A program made the position numbers and the translations under genes. This document shows positions 59,831 through 64,000 of a stretch of DNA of 64,000 nt, piece by piece. The DNA is from Candidatus Omnitrophota bacterium (GTDB taxonomy: Bacteria; Omnitrophota; Gorgyraeia; Zapsychrales; JANLHA01): positions 72,189 to 136,188 of the forward strand of contig JAKQKX010000090.1 of NCBI GenBank assembly GCA_029560465.1. The letters run 5' to 3'. Positions within the stretch are counted from its first letter, which is position 1. Every line of letters starts with the position of its first letter. Under the pieces are notes generated by a model. That model saw only the letters and a program-made list of their open reading frames with translations. It ran no database searches and was not told the DNA's origin.

Positions 59831-60433
59831 TTAATTAAGTTTGCGGATGACACTGATCACTTTCCCGATCAGCACCACATCTTCGTTGACAGGAATAGGC
59901 TCATACTGCGGATTAGCCGGTTCAAGGAAATAATGCCGACCGCGTTTCCGGAGATATTTCACAGTCGCCTCATCCCGGATAAGGGCAACCACAATCTCCC
60001 CGGTCTGGGCCACGGCCTGGCGTTTGACCAGCACCAAGTCATCAGGGAAAATCCCCGCCCCATTCATACTGTCTCCCCGGACGCGCAAGGCGAATGTGTT
60101 GCTGTCTGAAAAAACCAGGCTGTCGAGATCAAGATACCCTTCAATCTCCTCGACCGCAAGCGTGGGAAGTCCCGCCTGGACCCGGCCAAGGATAGGGATT
60201 TGGAAAAGATTTTCCTTAATAATTTCAATAGCCCGGGATTTATTGGCTGAAACGCGAATGTAGCCTTTCTCAACTAAAGCGTGCAGGTAATCCCGGACCG
60301 TCCCAGTTGACGAAAACCCAAATTGGGCCGCAATCTCCCGGACAGTTGGAGGCAGCTGGGATTGCTTTATTCTTTTATAAATAAATTTAAAAACATCCTT
60401 TTGTTTGTCCGTAAGCTGGGCACTTTTATTCAT
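59831..60433 (-). CDS. lexA: SOS repressor LexA
   Basis: PPTVREI HTH, VQAG cleavage site, GDSM (Ser) and ATVK (Lys). Confidence 0.96.
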   Translation of the reverse strand: MNKSAQLTDKQKDVFKFIYKRIKQSQLPPTVREIAAQFGFSSTGTVRDYLHALVEKGYIRVSANKSRAIEIIKENLFQIPILGRVQAGLPTLAVEEIEGYLDLDSLVFSDSNTFALRVRGDSMNGAGIFPDDLVLVKRQAVAQTGEIVVALIRDEATVKYLRKRGRHYFLEPANPQYEPIPVNEDVVLIGKVISVIRKLN

Positions 60434-60439
60434 GGGAAA

Positions 60440-60468
60440 ATGTTACCACCCATAAGTGTGGATGTCAA
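60440..60468 (-). promoter_or_regulatory. lexA promoter with candidate SOS box in the spacer
   Basis: TTGACA-N17-TAACAT, 6 nt before the ATG; the spacer holds CCAC-N8-GTGG (60446-60461). Confidence 0.72.
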
Positions 60469-60621
60469 GCCGATTTTCAAAATGGCAAACATAGATATTT
60501 AACCCGTTCGGCATTAAAGAATTTCTTAAAAAAAAAGGCGATCATCCCAATTTTAGGATAAAATAAATTTGTTCTCTAAGGACCTCCGGGCATAAACCAA
60601 CCCGGCACAATATCGATTGTC

Positions 60622-61062
60622 ATGAGTGAAATTCGGGATGAAATAAGATTTATCGAACTGGTGGGGCTTGTCAAACACCTGAATGATCTGGCCACGCGCT
60701 GGGTGATAGGGTATTTTGTGATCCAAAGCGGAATACTCATTGCCGAGGCCGCGTTTATTTCAAGAGATCCGATCGTCGGGAACCCGGTTCTCCTGATCTT
60801 CCTGGTCCTGGCCCTGGCGATTTTTGCTATCGCCTGTTCAGAAACCATAACCCGTATCCTTGTCCGGAACCGGTTTTGGCTCCGGCATTACATTTCTGAA
60901 GCGATCCGGATCGAAGGCAAAAACGGCATCTGGCTCGAAAAATTTTCCCCACCCGGAAAAAGCCTGGACCAGCAATTCATTTTTCTGAATAATTGTCTTG
61001 TGGTGGGATGGATCCTTTTTGTGTTCACTTTCTTATATTCAGGCATCCGAACCCTGTTGTGA
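60622..61062 (+). CDS. Small three-TM hypothetical membrane protein
   Basis: 146 aa with three hydrophobic segments; best ORF in the gap. Confidence 0.62.
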   Translation: MSEIRDEIRFIELVGLVKHLNDLATRWVIGYFVIQSGILIAEAAFISRDPIVGNPVLLIFLVLALAIFAIACSETITRILVRNRFWLRHYISEAIRIEGKNGIWLEKFSPPGKSLDQQFIFLNNCLVVGWILFVFTFLYSGIRTLL

Positions 61063-61101
61063 CCGGTTAACCGTCACCCCCCGTCATTGGAGGAAAATAT
61101 T

Positions 61102-61674
61102 ATGGCGACAGCACCAGCCACCGTTAAGGGATTGATTATCAACGGTACGATCCGCTTTCTAAAAGAAACATATGGAGAAGCAGGGTTCCAGAAATTTTTG
61201 GATAAAACCCCGGAAGAAGACCGCAAAGTCTGGACCGAACAGCAAATATTGGCTGTTTCCTGGGTTCCGGCTGTCATCTATAAGAATGCCTACGAAACCA
61301 TCGAAAGCATTTGGGGTAACGGCGACGGGAAAACATTTGAAAAAGTGGCCGGCATTGTTGCGTTTTATGACTTAAGCACCACAATGAAATTTTTCATGAA
61401 GATCGGCAGCCCGGGGTTCGTGGCCCAACGCTTCCCCAGTGTGTGGAAGAAATATTTCAGCGCGGGGGTTGCCAGAATCCTTCATATAACCGGCAATGAG
61501 ATGGAAATGGTCCTGGAAGGAGCGGAGGGATACGGGTTAGCCGGATGTGCCGGAACTTTGGGGTGGACCCGCGCCGCACTTGAATTCGCCGGAGCGAAGA
61601 ATCTTAAATTAACCCAAAAACAATGCCTCAGGAACGGAGACCCTCGGTGCCATTACGTTTATCTTTGGGAATAA
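61102..61674 (+). CDS. H-NOX/V4R-fold stand-alone protein (DUF2378-like)
   Basis: ATG 61102 behind GGAGG; VKG...FLKETYG, SWVP, WKKYFSAG, GW..AALE, C-terminal CLRNGDPRCHY..W. Confidence 0.72.
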   Translation: MATAPATVKGLIINGTIRFLKETYGEAGFQKFLDKTPEEDRKVWTEQQILAVSWVPAVIYKNAYETIESIWGNGDGKTFEKVAGIVAFYDLSTTMKFFMKIGSPGFVAQRFPSVWKKYFSAGVARILHITGNEMEMVLEGAEGYGLAGCAGTLGWTRAALEFAGAKNLKLTQKQCLRNGDPRCHYVYLWE

Positions 61675-61715
61675 TTTCCATCCCCCCACCCCCAACAACA
61701 TCCCGTTCCGGACCC

Positions 61716-64000
61716 CTACTCGACAGGGACATCGGAAGCTGTGACCAACCCCAAACGGGCAGGAAGGACATCTTCGCCTGAAATGACATCAAGAATAATG
61801 GGCAAGAATCCGCTGACATCAACCTCTTCAACGGACTGTTTCGCTAATGGAAGCGGGACCCCGCGTCCGTCCCGTTTGATCTGCAAATCGAGCGCCACCG
61901 GGTTAAGATTAATACCCCCGAGCGGCAGTTCAGCGGTTATCCCGTTTCGGGCCGCCTGGATCGCCGATGACACCGTCATATCCTTCTGAGTCAAGGACCG
62001 CATTATCATCTCCACCCGAGGCCCCTCTATGTCCTGAACAATGCTCAACACCCGGACCGAAACGGCTTCTTCCGCCGGCTCCACCCCGGGCTGGACAAAA
62101 ACGCCATTCGCGCTGATGAAAGAAAAAGCCCCGAGAATTCGCCCTTTAACATCCTCATCGGTAAAAAGCTTCTTCCCGGAAAGAATTTGTTGGGCGTCCT
62201 CCGGCCGCAGACTCGTGATATCCGACACTTCTTGAGAAGTAAAAGCATATCGCCGGGAATGATCTTTCATCACTTCTCCGGAGGGTTTATGGTTCAACTG
62301 GGCGCTATAAACCCTCAACCCGCCCACAGCCCCCACCGATTTCAATGCCCCCGCCACCGCCAGGGTCATAAACCCCTCCGCCGAGCCCCCGATAGTCAAA
62401 AGTGTTTTATGCATGCCGTACGGCGCCCCGGTGGCCGCCTCGTACATCTCACGGGTCATAGCCGCTTTCAACCCATGCATCACCGTCCCGTCAGGAATCG
62501 TGGTAACTTTTAACCCTTCTATCCGGTAAGCGGTTTTAATTTCGTCCAGAGCCTCCAGCATCTGCGTTTCCCGGTCACGGTCCATCAGGAGGATTTCCTC
62601 CCGGAGGGCCGAAAGTTCCTGACCGCGTGTCTCAGCCAGAAATTTCAAATATTCAATGATCAGCCCGGGATACCGGGCGTAAAGCTCGGGGTCTTTCATG
62701 GAATATTCGACCTCGACCCCTTGCTCCCTCACCCGAATCACCCGCTGATTAAAAACGGCCACAGCGGCTTCGTCCCCCAAGTTCGTTATAAACTGTCCCA
62801 CATAACCGTCCGGAGCATTGCCCAAATCCCGAACCCCCAGCCCGGTGACAATAACACTGGTCGCCCCGGACTCATAATCGGGGATGTCCAGCAATGTTTT
62901 ACCCTCGGCATTCGTCACAAACTGGTTGGTCCCTTCCACCACGTCAATGATGGCGTCCACGATCGGATAAAGTTTGCCCGAACGTGCCCGGTAAAACTCG
63001 GCGTTTTCCTTAATGGCATTGTACACCAGGTCAATCTCGGCCTTAATCGCGACGGGCAGAATCACTTCATTGGACTTCAAGCTCTCCGCCACTTCATCCC
63101 GGCCAAACCCCTCGCTGACCCGGACCATTAAAATGATGTCATTTTCCCTGACCGTTCTTTCAAAAATCCGTTTCGCCAAAGCATCTGCGGTATCCTTAAT
63201 AGCCCGTTCCATCTGATTTAAATCTTGTGTGGTAATCCGGACATTGTCCCCATTCTTCTGAGACAGCATCCCGATCATCGCCCTTAATTCTTCCTTGTCC
63301 GTCCTGGAATACAACTCGGTGAACAAATACCGCAGAGTAAGGACCTTATCTTTCACCGACGTTTCCCTCTGCAGAATATCTTTCACCCTTTGGTAAGCGC
63401 CCCGTAATCCCAAGGCTGTCAACTCAACGGCCGCTTGGGCGGCGACGCGCTCCGGGTACTCCCTCCGGGCGCGTTCCATGCGGGCGACCGCCGCCCTCTC
63501 TTTTTCAATCGGCGAAGACACCCTGTCCCGGGCGATGTCCCCGAACAGCGCCAAAGACAGGGTTTCCACGCGCCCCACTTCTTCACTGTTAGCCCGGTCG
63601 CCGGTTTCCACCAAGGCAGAAGAAACAATCAAGGTTTCCCCCAATCGGTCAGCCAGTTGACGGGTTTCCTCTTCCCTGAGGGACGCGATCTTCGACTTGA
63701 CCCGGCTTAATTCTTTAAAAGAACTTCCCCCGGAGAAATACTTCCGCGGGATAATCTCATGAGTGTCCAGATCCAGATCTGCCCGGATATAATTAAAAAC
63801 CCCTTTCTTAAACGCTTCCAAATATCGGTTATAAATTTTCCGGCTGACTTCTTTATCCTCAATATCAATCCCGGCTACTTTCTCCTGATTCACATAAACT
63901 TTTCCAAGTAAACTTTCTTTTAAAGTATCCTTGTACCAGGACGCTAAAATAATCGCATGGTAAATCTGCCGCAGTTGGATAAAAATCCGGCCCTCATTCA
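61716..64000 (-). CDS. 3' part of a large modular protein containing a divergent GlpX (FBPase class II) domain; 5' end outside the window
   Basis: Frame open to the window edge (NEGRIFIQLRQIYHAIILASWYKDTLKESLLGKVYV precedes the listed ORF). GlpX-like motifs SEG..DE, DVVEGT, PDGY, DRDR, DG, GGSAEG; C-terminal GGINLNP..LQIKRDG.GVPLP tail. Confidence 0.85.
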   Translation of the reverse strand, partial: NEGRIFIQLRQIYHAIILASWYKDTLKESLLGKVYVNQEKVAGIDIEDKEVSRKIYNRYLEAFKKGVFNYIRADLDLDTHEIIPRKYFSGGSSFKELSRVKSKIASLREEETRQLADRLGETLIVSSALVETGDRANSEEVGRVETLSLALFGDIARDRVSSPIEKERAAVARMERARREYPERVAAQAAVELTALGLRGAYQRVKDILQRETSVKDKVLTLRYLFTELYSRTDKEELRAMIGMLSQKNGDNVRITTQDLNQMERAIKDTADALAKRIFERTVRENDIILMVRVSEGFGRDEVAESLKSNEVILPVAIKAEIDLVYNAIKENAEFYRARSGKLYPIVDAIIDVVEGTNQFVTNAEGKTLLDIPDYESGATSVIVTGLGVRDLGNAPDGYVGQFITNLGDEAAVAVFNQRVIRVREQGVEVEYSMKDPELYARYPGLIIEYLKFLAETRGQELSALREEILLMDRDRETQMLEALDEIKTAYRIEGLKVTTIPDGTVMHGLKAAMTREMYEAATGAPYGMHKTLLTIGGSAEGFMTLAVAGALKSVGAVGGLRVYSAQLNHKPSGEVMKDHSRRYAFTSQEVSDITSLRPEDAQQILSGKKLFTDEDVKGRILGAFSFISANGVFVQPGVEPAEEAVSVRVLSIVQDIEGPRVEMIMRSLTQKDMTVSSAIQAARNGITAELPLGGINLNPVALDLQIKRDGRGVPLPLAKQSVEEVDVSGFLPIILDVISGEDVLPARLGLVTASDVPVE

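Overview
Gene-dense, mostly minus-strand chromosomal segment of a diderm, LPS-making (msbA, lpxB), probably anaerobic bacterium. Gene content and the last ORF suggest Candidatus Omnitrophota, but this is an inference. Core blocks: aroE-leuA-ilvC; ptsN-yvcK-ptsH-ptsI-nucleotidyltransferase-metK-ahcY; three tRNAs (Gly-GCC, Leu-TAG, Lys-TTT); rpsB-tsf-pyrH-frr; a complete MoxR/DUF58/BatA-E operon; a probable GH161 beta-1,3-glucan phosphorylase; AmmeMemoRadiSam B/A fusion; pckA; lpoB; a DnaQ-like exonuclease, a UvrD-family helicase and lexA. The most interesting element is the 5'-truncated last ORF. It reads as a modular 'conserved domain - VSS[AP][IL] linker - divergent GlpX (FBPase II) cargo - VSSAI - conserved C-terminal tail' protein, a candidate cargo-delivery/polyprotein system. 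Other highlights: a candidate LexA box (CCAC-N8-GTGG) in a leaderless lexA promoter; a decayed dsbA remnant missed by the ORF track; a stand-alone V4R sensor plus partner inserted in the lipid A locus; a 20-Cys secreted protein; and a cluster of exported coiled-coil proteins. No CRISPR array, rRNA or transposase was seen. All family assignments are by eye from motifs, with no database search.
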